DNA of 64,000 bases from Octopus vulgaris (taxonomy: Eukaryota), in NCBI GenBank assembly GCA_951406725.2, contig OX597831.1, positions 23,498,001 to 23,562,000 of the forward strand. Reading direction: 5' to 3'. A program made the position numbers and the translations under genes. Shown here in pieces: positions 12,138 through 23,585 of the stretch; the stretch's first letter is position 1, and each line of letters begins with the position of its first letter. The notes beneath the pieces are model-generated. The model was not told the origin of the DNA and ran no database searches. It saw only the letters and a program-made list of their open reading frames with translations.

Positions 12138-12552
12138 CTATGTTTGACTTTTGCTTTATATTTGTACAAGTTGGCTCCAAGTCTCACCCAGAGACCTCAA
12201 GAGACAACAGGTTGGAAGTTCATGTTGTTGTTATGCCTAGTGTGTCATATATTTGGGGGGGGGTTGTACTAATGAATGTCTAAAAAAAATTTTTTTTTTT
12301 TAAAACCGAAAATTATGTTTGTTTTAAACCTTGAGATTACATAGAAAGTATTTTGCGTAGGATATGAGCAGTTCCCATGAGCACTATCTTTTGAATTTCT
12401 GCCAGTTTTGGGTTTCCTGGTATCTGAGTTAGGTAGCTATCAGCCCCTTTTGCTATCATTCCCAGGGCACCTATGACAACAGGTATTGTTTTAGTCTTCA
12501 GGTTCCACATTTTGCTGATTTCTATTTCAAGATCTTTATATTCGCTCAGTTT
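12138..12552 (-). mobile_element. Second Dong/R4-type LINE 3' end
   Basis: KLSEYKDLEIEISKMWNLKTKTIPVVIGALGMI...IQKIVLMGTAHILRKILSM* (12552-12337), homologous to 3367-3710 but with a different 3' UTR; TAA tracts on both sides. Confidence 0.9.
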
Positions 12553-12656
12553 TTTATTATTATTATTATCATTATTATTATTATTGTTGTTGTTGTTGTT
12601 GTTGTTGTTATTATATTTTAAAAAAGGATTGACGTAACTCTTCACAAAGGTAAACA

Positions 12657-12845
12657 GTCAAGACAAAGAGAACGATTCGATTGTAAGATATTTTATTAGT
12701 TGAACGATATTTCAACAGTAAGTGTGTCTTTGTCAAGTTCAAAATAAGAACTTCTTATTTTGAACTCGACAAAGACAGACATACTGTTGAAATATCGTTC
12801 AACTAATAAAATATCTTACAATCGAATCGCGCTCTTCATCTTGAC
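12657..12845. repeat. Near-perfect palindrome, about 94-bp arms
   Basis: Centred on C12751 (aaaataagaa-c-ttcttatttt); few mismatches. Confidence 0.9.
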
Positions 12846-12938
<93 letters not shown>

Positions 12939-12964
12939 CATTACTATTATTATTATTATTATTA

Positions 12965-13058
<94 letters not shown>

Positions 13059-13525
13059 GTCATTGCCTTTAAAATTTCAGCACAAGGTCAGTTATTTTTA
13101 GGAATAGGGGGTACATCAAGTATATTAACCTTGGCACTCAGATGGTATTTATTTTATCCAGCCAACCCTAAAAGGATGAAAGGCAAAAATCAATGTTCGC
13201 AGGATTATAATTCAGAACATTAAGAGCCAGAAGAAAAGCGGCTAAGCTCTAATACTTCTGCCGGGTTGCTACCTTAATAACAGTAAGAATAAGAATAGCT
13301 TCTGAGTTAGATGCAAGGCTAGCAATTTTGATGGGAGAGAGTTAGGTGATACAATCAGTTCCACGACTTTAGTGATGTAATTTTTATCGAATCTGGAAGG
13401 ATGAAAGGTGAAGTTGAGCTCAACAGGATAAAGAACCAGAACAGGTTTTACAAGGCATTTTTCCCCTGATTCTCTAACAATTGTGCCATCTCACTGCCTT
13501 GATGATGATGATGATGATAACAACA

Positions 13526-13562
<37 letters not shown>

Positions 13563-13737
13563 TAATTCTTTCTACAGGAAGCACAAGGCCTGAAACTTGG
13601 AGGAGGGGACTAGTCGATTATATCAACCCCAGCATTTCACCCAGCATGCTAACGCTTCTGTCAGCTCACTGCCTTCTAATAAAGAAAATAATAATAATAA
13701 TAATAACAATAATAATAATAATAATAATAATGATAAT

Positions 13738-13917
13738 GGCCCCACCTGCAAGGTCATGTGCTGTTTATCTTGATATGAGATCACCATGTCGCGCACATAT
13801 GGTTGTGATGCATGTGCCTGGTGTACCCTTATCAGACGGGTAGTCATGATGGGTATACTGGGCTTCGTATATTTGTACCCCAGTGTCACTTTGATGGCAT
13901 GAACTGCTCTCTCACTC

Positions 13918-13970
<53 letters not shown>
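13738..13970 (+). mobile_element. Family T retroposon, short 3' fragment inside (TAA)n
   Basis: gccccacctgcaagg...ctcactc flanked by AAT repeats on both sides. Confidence 0.85.
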
Positions 13971-13974
<4 letters not shown>

Positions 13975-13975
<1 letters not shown>

Positions 13976-14190
13976 TCACAAGAAGCACAAAGCCTCAAAT
14001 TTGGGGGAACGGATTAAGTCAATTACAGTGCCCCCCACTATGTAACTGGTACTTATTTAATCGACCCTGAAAGAATAAACGGCAAAGTCAACCTTGGCAG
14101 AATTTGAACTCAGAATGTAGTGGCAGACAAAATACCATTAAGCATTTCACCCAGCATGCTAACGATTCTAACAGCATCGCTGCCTTCTAA
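13975..14190 (-). mobile_element. Family C SINE
   Basis: Reverse complement of the family C consensus. Confidence 0.8.
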
Positions 14191-14237
14191 TAAAGATAAT
14201 AATAGTAATAATAATAATAATAATAATAACAATAATA

Positions 14238-14997
14238 ATGCCCTGATGCAGTACCAGGAAGTGGCTCTCGTGACTTCTGATCTTAACTGATTGGAAGTAT
14301 TATCATGTACATTGTTTTGTCTTGGTATAAAAGATAGGCTACAGCAAATATTCTGCTCAGTACCTATTTCTTTATTACCCACAAGGGGCTAAACACAGAG
14401 GGGACAAACAAGGACAGACATAGGTATTAAGTCGATTACATCGACCCCAGTGCGTAACTGGTACTTAATTTATCGACCCCGAAAGGATGAAAAGCAAAGT
14501 CGACCTCGGCGGAATTTGAACTCACAACGTAACGCAGACAAAATACCGCTAAGCATTTCATTCAGTATGCTAACGTTTCTGCCAGCTCGCCGCCCACAGA
14601 TTTGCTTGTCATTTGTTTGACCTTAACCAGTTGACCATGTCCCTTGGTGGCTGATGATATGTGCATCTCTGATCATGAGCAGAAGTAGTGAGGGAGCATC
14701 ATAGCCATGTGTTGAAAGGGATTTTTTGGTATTTAAATAATTCACCACTGGAAACATGGGTGTTTTATTCATCATCCTGAAACAAACCTTATTCAGGGAC
14801 CTTTTAAGCAGGATGGGCTACTCAAACTCAAGAAAATTATAACAGGGCTCCACCAGCCAGGTCATGTGCTGTTTGTCTTGATATGAGATCATCATGTCTC
14901 ACACATATGGTTGTGATGCATGTGCCTAATGTATCAGACAGGTAGTCATAATCAGTAAATTGGGCTTCATATATTGTACTCCTGTGTCACTTTGATG
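14238..14997 (+). mobile_element. Family T retroposon interrupted by a young family C SINE (14362-14596, minus)
   Basis: The family T sequence ctgctcagtacc|cacagatttg is split by a CpG-retaining SINE. Confidence 0.85.
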
Positions 14998-15514
14998 TGT
15001 TACGTGAAAGGCAAAGTTGACCCTTGTGTCACTGTGTCACAAGAAAGGCAAAGTTGACCTTGGTGGAATTTGAACTCAGAATGTAGCGACAGATGAAATA
15101 CCATTCCATGATGATGATGATGCTGATGCTGATGATGATGGTGGTGGTGGTGATGTTGATGATTTCTTTTAAGGCATGGTGCCTCAAATTTGATGGCGAA
15201 GGGAGCAGTTGATTATGTTGATCCCCCACTGAAGATGAAATTGTAAAACTGACCTTTATTGGATTTGAACTCAGAACCTAAATAATAAAAAAAAAAAAAG
15301 ATGCCGGAACAAACAGATTAACAATCACCAACATCCTCTCAATCATTATTATTGTTGTTGTTGTTGTTACTATTATTATTACTCTACTGAAGCCACTGCA
15401 TTCCATTCCAATGGAGGATTAACTGACATAGATTTATTCTAATAGAAGAAAGACTCAGGCCTTGATTTTCTCCAACAATTTCTTTCCATCTGTTCTTATT
15501 TACTCCTCTTCCTT

Positions 15515-15900
15515 TCACTTCTTCTTTTTCTTCTTCTTCTTCTTCTTCTTCTTCTTCTTCTTCTTCTTCTTCTTCTTCTTCTTCTTTTTCTTCTTCTTCT
15601 TCTTCTTCTTCTTCTTCTTCCCCTTCATCTTGTTCTTCCTCTTCTTATCCTTTTTCTTCCCCTTCATCTTCTTCTCCTTCTTCCTCTTGTTCTTGTTCTT
15701 CTTCTTCTTCTTCTTCTTTCTCTCCTTCTTCCACTTCTTCTTCATCGTCTTCTCCTTCTTCTTCTTCTCCTTCTTCTTCTTCTTCTTCTTCTTCTTCTTC
15801 CTCTCCTTCTTCTCCTTCTTCTTCTTCTTCTTCTTCTTCTTCTTCATCTTCTACTTCTTCTTCTTTTTCTTCTCCTTTTTCTTCTCCTTTTTCTTCTTCC

Positions 15901-15931
<31 letters not shown>

Positions 15932-15987
15932 CTTCTTCTTCTTCTTCTTCTTTTTCTTCTCCTTTTTCTTCTCCTTCTTCTTCTTCC

Positions 15988-16018
<31 letters not shown>

Positions 16019-16075
16019 CTTCTTCTTCTTCTTCTTCTTCTCTTCTTCTACTTCCTCCTCCTCCTCCTCCTCTTC
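15515..16075. repeat. Long interrupted (TTC)n tract
   Basis: Directly visible; about 560 bp of nearly pure polypyrimidine. Confidence 0.95.
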
Positions 16076-16514
16076 CCCATAGCATTGATTCCACGATGAT
16101 TGTTCTCTCAATGCTCTTGCAGTTTTGTACTATGTCTCTATTGATTCTAACACTCTTACAGACCAATTTGGGCAATAACTAGCTGCTTCTAGCTTTGGAT
16201 CAATTTCTATTCCATTCATCTGATCACACCAAAAAGCGAGGAGCTTTCTTCATGCTATTTTTCTTTTCCCCCACTTTTTATTTTGTTACTTTATAATTTT
16301 TTTTCTATTTGCTTTTTTTATTCTTTCTTCATTTTCTTGAGAAAACTCCTACCCCACCCCACCCCAATCCGCCACACCCCCACACCGTATTTTTCTTGCT
16401 ATGAGCTAAGTCTTCTCCTATACGATACATTGTCAAAAAATTCCTTTATACTCCCTCCCAACACACCAAAAAAGTAATCAAAGGGAAAATTAAAATATAC
16501 ACTCACACAAGCAC

Positions 16515-16860
16515 ACTGACACACACACACACACACACACGCAGACAATCACATGTATGAATGTGTTGAAACATGTATATGTTTATATATGTATATACAT
16601 ACATACATATATATATGTATATTTGTGCATGTATATACATACATATATATATATAAAATATATATTTGTATATGCATACATACATATACATATGTATATA
16701 TGTGTATGTATATACATACATAAATATAAATATATGTATATACATACATACATATATATATATGTATATATGTGTATGTATATACATACATATATATAAA
16801 TATATGTATATACATACATATATATATGTATATATATACATACATAAATATAAATATATG

Positions 16861-16898
<38 letters not shown>

Positions 16899-16915
16899 AA
16901 TTTATATATATATGC
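16515..16915. repeat. (CA)n then degenerate TA/TACA microsatellite
   Basis: Directly visible. Confidence 0.9.
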
Positions 16916-17396
16916 ATGGGTGTATGTGAGTGTACACACAAACATTCTTGGATATACATGCATCCATGAAAAATATTAAGAATAAATAAACATTGGTGAT
17001 TGCTTTTTTTTTCTTCTGAAGCTGAAGCCGTATTAAAACAGCATGATGTGAATAAGTTGTTTGTTTCATATTAAATAAGCAAGTGATCAAATTTCAATAC
17101 TGCAGTTTCCAGCTGAAGAAATACAGAAATGGTTGCAGTGGTGTGTTGGGTAGTAGTAGTGGTTATAGTAGTTGTAACACTGGTAGTAGTAGTTGTAATG
17201 AATGGTGAAGGTGGGAGGTGGTATATGAACAATAATTATTGCCCTGATTTTTTTTTATTAAAAAAAATTTTTTTTTTAATTACTTCGTTACAATTTTCAA
17301 TTTTTCAAAATTGTGTCATATTTCTTTTGTAGAAAATTAACAAAGAATTCTTGTGTTCGATGATTATTCCTCATTGCCATTATCATCACCAGTACA

Positions 17397-18372
17397 AGAT
17401 GGCGAGCTGGCAGAAACGTTAGCACACCGGGCGAAAGACTTAGCAATATTTAATCAGCCTTTATGTTCTGAGTTCAAATTTCACTGAGGCCGACTTTGCC
17501 TTTGATCCTTTTGGGGCCGATAAATTAAGTACCAGTTGCGTATTGGGGCTGATCTAATCAACTGGCAGGCTCTCCCAAAATTTTGCGCCTTCTGCCAAGA
17601 GTAGACAAGAAATGTTAGCACACCAGGTGAAATGCTAAGGGGTATTTCATCTCTCTTTACGTTCTGAGTTCAAATTCTGCCAAGGTGGACTTTGCCTTTG
17701 ATCCTTTTGGGGCCTATAAATTAAGTACCAGTTGCATATTGGAGCTGATCTAATCAACTGGCATGCTCTCCCAAAATTTTGGGCCTTCTGCCAAGAGTAG
17801 AAAAGAAATGTTAACACACCAGGTGAAATGCTAAGGGGTATTTCATCTCTCTTTACGTTCTGAGTTCAAATTCAGCCAGGGTGGACTTTGCCTTTCATCT
17901 TTTTTGGGGTAGATAAATTAAGTACCAGTTGCATACTGGGGTCAATCTAATCGGCTGGTCCCCCTCCACCAAAATTTCAGGCCTTGTGCTTAGAGTAGAA
18001 AAGATTATCATTATCAGTATTAAGGTGGCGATCTGGTAAGAATCATTAGCATACTGGACGCCCATCGAAGTACTGCTTGAGTTCCGGTGTTGATGTAATC
18101 TACTTACCCCCTCCTCCGAACTTGCTGGCCTTGAGCAAAAATTGGAAACTATTATTAAGGTAGAAAGCTGGCAGAGTCATTAGCACGCAGAACGAAAAGC
18201 TTAGCAGTATTTCATCCGTCTTTGTATTCTGAGTTCAAATTCTGCAGAGGTCAACATTGCTTTTCATCCTTGCAGCATCGATAAAATGAGTACCAGTCAC
18301 GTACTGGAGTCGATGTAATCTATATATCTCCCTCCCCAAAATTTCAGGCCTTGTGCCTATAGTAGGAAGGAT
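17397..18372 (+). mobile_element. Tandem trimer of family C SINE (about 200-bp period, 17397-18010) plus two further copies
   Basis: gttagcacacc(a/g)gg recurs at about 17418, 17613 and 17810 with a shared diagnostic tail ctctcccaaaatttt...ttctgccaagagtag. Confidence 0.85.
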
Positions 18373-18549
18373 CATTATTCTTTTTTTCTCTAGGCACAAG
18401 GCTTAATAACATGAGGTTGTTCATTGAAGATATTGTGTTTATCAGGGGTTTGTACTGTTTGTCAAGTCACAACAAGGACCTCAGACAGTACTTTACACAG
18501 TGTGCAAGCAGTTTCAAGTAATGCTGACTTTTGCAATGCACTTAGATTG

Positions 18550-19010
18550 TATTGGGTTGTCCAGAAAGTTCGTGCCGATTTTTAAAGGAAAGAAAAAGGT
18601 CAATAAGTACTTGCCATTACATCTTAAATCAACCAAATATGAACCATTTTGTTGCACAATGCATCTCCATCTTTCCTTTCACATGAAAATACCCTCTTCC
18701 CAGAATTGAGGAGGTTTCATGGCAAAGAATTCATCAAGGTATCTTTTTACATTATCCAAGGAATTGAAATTTTTACCATTAAGACTATTCTGCAGAGACC
18801 TGAATAAGTGGAAATCCGAAGGAGCAATATCTGGTAAATATGGAGTGTGGGGTGATGCATCGCAGCCGAGCTGCAGCAATTTTTGTCTGGTTCCCAAAGC
18901 ATCAAGTGCCAAAAATGAACTTTCTTATCTTCCATTTTAAAGGGTTACAGAATTAACACAGGTTATAGGAACATAAACCTTCTTCCGCGAAAAGATAGCT
19001 TAAACTGTGC
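18550..19010 (-). mobile_element. Internally deleted mariner transposon
   Basis: TA plus TIR ttgggttgtccagaaagttcgtgccg at 18550; transposase remnant inside; the other TIR is not seen. Confidence 0.85.
18624..18935 (-). pseudogene. mariner DD34D transposase remnant
   Basis: N-terminal MEDKKVHFWHLML fused to TRQKLLQLG..HTPYLPDIAPSDFHLFRSLQNSLNGKNF...FWEEGI..*KERWRCIVQQNGSY (YSPDLAPSD motif). Confidence 0.9.
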
Positions 19011-19014
19011 TATG

Positions 19015-19160
19015 TATGTAACTGGTACTTAATTTATCGACCCCGAAAGGATGAAAGGCAAAGTTGATCTCGGTAGAATTTGAACTCAGAAAATAAAGAC
19101 AGATGAAATAGCACTAAGCATATCGCCCAGCATGCTAACATTTCTGCCAGTTCACGGCTT
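19015..19160 (-). mobile_element. Family C SINE fragment abutting the mariner 5' end
   Basis: gtaactggtacttaatttatcgacccc...ctgccag. Confidence 0.85.
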
Positions 19161-19475
19161 TTGATGAAATTGATATTAACCAACAACTGTGGTTGATATA
19201 TTCAATTTGTGTTTACGTCAGAAACTGTTATTGCTAAGACCTGTTGGTTATAGAAAAGAAAAAAAAAAACAAATCTCTAATACTAAATATGGAGTCCTGT
19301 ACTTATGCTTTGAATTATTATTATTATTGTTATTAATATTTTTGTTGATGCCTGATTTTTGCCCCTAATAATTCTGCACAATTCCATAACTTCTTTCTTA
19401 TAATGTCTCCTTGAGAGAAAAAAAAAATTATTGTAGTTGTTGATATGATTATTATTGTTGTTTTTGTTTTTGTTG

Positions 19476-19506
<31 letters not shown>

Positions 19507-19641
19507 TATTTTTATTCACTCAACATGCCGTTGTTTTACCAATATTGGATTGCTAGATATCTAGCTGTATCCTGAAACCATGGGTATCTTGCACCTTTCA
19601 TTTGTTTCTTGCTGTGACAAGCAAAACAAGCTTCTCATTGC

Positions 19642-19692
<51 letters not shown>

Positions 19693-20359
19693 TACTACTA
19701 CTACTACTACGAACTGTATAGAAAGTTGGCAGATTGAATCAATAGCATTCCTTCCACATAACGTTTTAGAAAATATTTTCCTTTAACAAGTCAATCTGGA
19801 TAATTTTCTACTAAATTAAATATTTTCTTTTTCTTATGCTAGCAGCAGTATGGCAGCAAGGACAGAATATTGGAATAAATGCTGTTATGTAATGCAAGGG
19901 TGACCTTAGACCCTAAAGAGTGCATGACTTAGGAATTGGATGAGAGTAATCAGTGGTTCAGATCCTATCGCTGACACTCTGTTTTATATTTTTTTTAAAT
20001 GCATCTTCTCTTAATAATGAAGCTATTTTGTATTTCTTTTGTGATTGATTTCTTCTGGGTGGATTCAATATGCAATATGGATATCGAGAAGAGGAAAGAT
20101 AAGGGAAATAGGGGTGTTTGAGTATGGCAGCATGTAATCAACCCACAGTCAGCTTCTGTTGTTGTAGTAGAAATGGAAAAAGAAAGCGAATAGACAGCAT
20201 GTCTGTGGTTCAAGTATTGCTCAGTGTTACAGTTGAAGTATTGCACGAGGATTGAATAGATGTGCTGAGTTCAATCTCTCCTGAGATGCACTAGTGATAA
20301 CTGTTTAGCCTACTGGCAAAGAGAATGTTCATATTGTATCTGCTTAATATAGGAGGCAC

Positions 20360-21050
20360 TAAGGCAGTGACTTGGTAGAATTGTTAGCAGTGAGCTGGCA
20401 GAAACATTAGCACACCGGGCAAAATGCTTGGCAGTATTTCATCTGCCATTACGTTCTGAGTTCAAATTCTGCCGAGGACGACTTTGCCTTTCATCCTTTT
20501 GGGGTCATTAAATTAAGTGCCAGTTGCACACTGGGGTCGGTGTAATCGGCTTAATCAATTTGTCTTTCCTTGTTTGTCCCCTCTATGTTTAGCCCCTTGT
20601 GGGCAATAGAGAAATAAGAATTGTTACTATGCCAGGCAAAATACTTAGCAGTATTTCGCCTGTCTTTATATCCTGAGTTCAAATTCTACCAAAGTTGATA
20701 TTGCCTCTTTCATTCTTACAAGTTTGTTAAAATAAGTACCTGCTGAGCATTGGATTGGATGTGTTTGACTAGCCCCCTTCCCTAAAATTACTGGCCTTGT
20801 GCCAAAATTTGAAAGCAATGTAGGAGGAGTTAAGGCAGACATCAGGCAGAATCGTTACCATGCAAAATGCTTAGCAGCATTCCATCCATCTTTACATTCT
20901 GAGTTCGAATTCCACCAAGGTTAACTTTGTCTTTCATTCTTTCAGGGCCGTTAAAATAAGTACCTGTTAAGCACTGGGGTCAATGTATTTGACTATCTCC
21001 ACCTCTGAAATTGCTGGCCTTGAGCCAAAGTTTAAAACCAATATAGGAGG
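20360..21050 (+). mobile_element. Nested cluster of family C SINEs
   Basis: Three repeats of ctgagttcaaattc...cctttcatcc; the copy at 20388-20617 is nested in an older copy. Confidence 0.8.
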
Positions 21051-21449
21051 ACCTAAAGTTGAGCACTGATCTTATGGTTGCATGTAGTCTATAAGGTTAG
21101 AGGTATTATTTCGTGGTTAAGAAATTTTTTTACATTCATGATTCCATGCTTGATCACACTGCTTGGCATTCATAGGCCTTGCATTGGCTAATCCTTTGTT
21201 GTTAATGAAATCTGCTGGCTAGAGACTGTACAAAAGCCTGCTATCTGTATATGTCAGTGTATATTTCACGAATGTGTACTTGAAAAGGATGTAAACATTG
21301 GCTGGAAAAACGAAAAACTAGTGCTATTCAAACAGTTCTTTGTGATATTTGTTCTCTACAAGTTACTCACATTCCCTAATCACTCTTTCGATTAAGAATG
21401 CAAGAATGAATTGACTGACCGATTAGAAACATGTAACCACGTTTCAATG

Positions 21450-21680
21450 TGGCGAGTTGGCAGAAACATTAGCAAGCTGGGCGAAATGTTTAGTGGTATT
21501 CCGTCTACCATTACGTTCTGAGTTCAAATTCTGCTGAGATCGACTTTGCCTTTCATCCTTTCAGGGTCGATAAATTAAGTACCAGTTACGCATTGGGGTC
21601 GATGTAATCGACTTATTCCCTTTGTCTGTCCTTGTTTGATCCCTGTATATTTAGCCCCTTGTGGGCAATAAAAAAATAAG
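21450..21680 (+). mobile_element. Full-length family C SINE with possible TSD
   Basis: Consensus head to tail; flanked by agaaacatgtaaccac / agaaacctgtaaccac. Confidence 0.85.
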
Positions 21681-22864
21681 AAACCTGTAACCACTTAAGG
21701 TGCCCATGGTCTAAGTGGTGGAGCTAAACCAGGCAATGGACCAAATTTACAACCCAATAATAAGAACAATCATTCTACACAGTTTCTGTACCATGGATAT
21801 CATTCACAAAGATTTTGTTCACTCAAAGCTTTGGTAGAATAGCCTTGTCTAATGTATTCTTCAGTGGAATCAGAGCTAAAATCACATAGTTCTAAAGAGA
21901 AATTCTTAGTCGCACCGCCATGTTTGATACTCAACATTAAAAATTATCTCTAAAATGCAGAAACAAAAATATATCCATAAATTAATTGATTAATTGAAAA
22001 TGTGGCTGAATCACTATGGTTATTGCATTCTTTTAAGTTTAAAATATTATGTGCGATGGTCTTTTTTTTGATAATTGTTTCAGAGGTTTCGTAGGTCAAC
22101 GACTGCCACCAACCAGGCACAGAATTCCGTTAATATTCAGGACATCACACAATCACATCATCGCGGACAGTTCAAATATCGGAGTTAGAGATCATTCACT
22201 GTTGTGCCATCAGTTTTAATAAAATTAGCTCGCTTCAAATTTATGGTTTTACACCGAGTATTACTTGAACAGATGGGAACCTGTCATACAAATATGATTA
22301 AAATATGGGAACAGTTGGGGGGCGGTAGGGGAAAATCGAATATTGCATATAATGAAGTTACCATCGTAAACTTTCAAGATTCATTGAATGGATCCGCCCA
22401 GCAGCATTTCATTACTTCCTTTGGTCTTTAGTTTTTGGTCATCTCTGTTATGAGTCATGAAATTTGAACTCATGAACTCATCACTTCTGTATAATCTAAT
22501 CTTCCTTGGTCTTTCTTTTATGTGGGTTTCCTCCTCTGACAGGAGGCAACATATTCTTCCACGACAGTCAATAATCATGCAAATCACATTTTGATATCAT
22601 TGCAGTCATCTTGCCTGAATAAATTTGCTGATCCCCCATTTAACGTTCAATCACACACTTATTTATATTTAAGCATGCAGGTTAACTTTACACTAAAAGT
22701 GGGCACTTTACACCTCTCATTTATCATTTGTTCTGCACGACTTCTGTTTTCAAAATCTATCTTATATTATAAAAGAGAAGCAATGAAGACTTTTCACATC
22801 GAATAGAAGAAGGAGCAGAGAAAAAGTTATTGTTGAAACAGAAATACAGTGTGTGTATGTGTGT

Positions 22865-22919
<55 letters not shown>

Positions 22920-23369
22920 TGTGTGTGTGTGTGTGCGTAAAAGATCGATAGTTAGCTAGGTAGGTAGCCTTGTTGCCTTAGTAACTAACAAGTTTTGATT
23001 AAAAGCACAGGAATTTCATGTGCAAGTCTGTCAACACAACACAATACAGAATTCATAAAAAGGCTATATGTATATACATATGAGGATTGTTTTTGTTTTT
23101 GGTTGTTTGTTTGTTTGCATGCGTGTGGTGTGTGTTTTTTTTGTGTGTCTTTCAATATATAGACAACACAACACAGACTTTAAAAAGACTTCCACTTTGA
23201 ACAATTTATGATGGTACCTTGATGATTAACTAATATTTTTATTGCCAGTGTAATAATGAGCAATGACCTAATTCTTTTATAAGGTAGAATTTACACATGA
23301 ACTAACAAGGTAGCTGCTAAGCAGCTGTTCTTCAACTTGCGATAATTCCTTTGAATAACACCAACCCTC

Positions 23370-23585
23370 TTAACCCCAACCACCTATAATTGGCTCACAT
23401 ATTCAGCCTCTTATGTTCAAACTGGCCCAATTTCACTTCTCATGCCTACCCTACAATGTCATTCTAATAATATACAATCATATCATCAAAATTTCAAAGC
23501 TTCAAGACAGTGCATGATTAATTCAAAACAATGTGAATAAATAAGCATGACATTTGACAGAGAAATTTAAATCCAAGAGGGTTAA
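23370..23585. mobile_element. Unexpanded copy of the TTAA MITE at 1096-2017
   Basis: ttaaccc...gggttaa ends; shares gcatgattaa...atgtgaataaataagcat-acattt with 1943-1987. Confidence 0.7.

Noticed and set aside
15462-16175. Acidic/basic low-complexity ORFs up to 206 aa
   Set aside because: Pure microsatellite; no splice or domain support.
19545-19575. Partial match to miR-9 (tatctagctgtat)
   Set aside because: The seed and precursor hairpin are absent.
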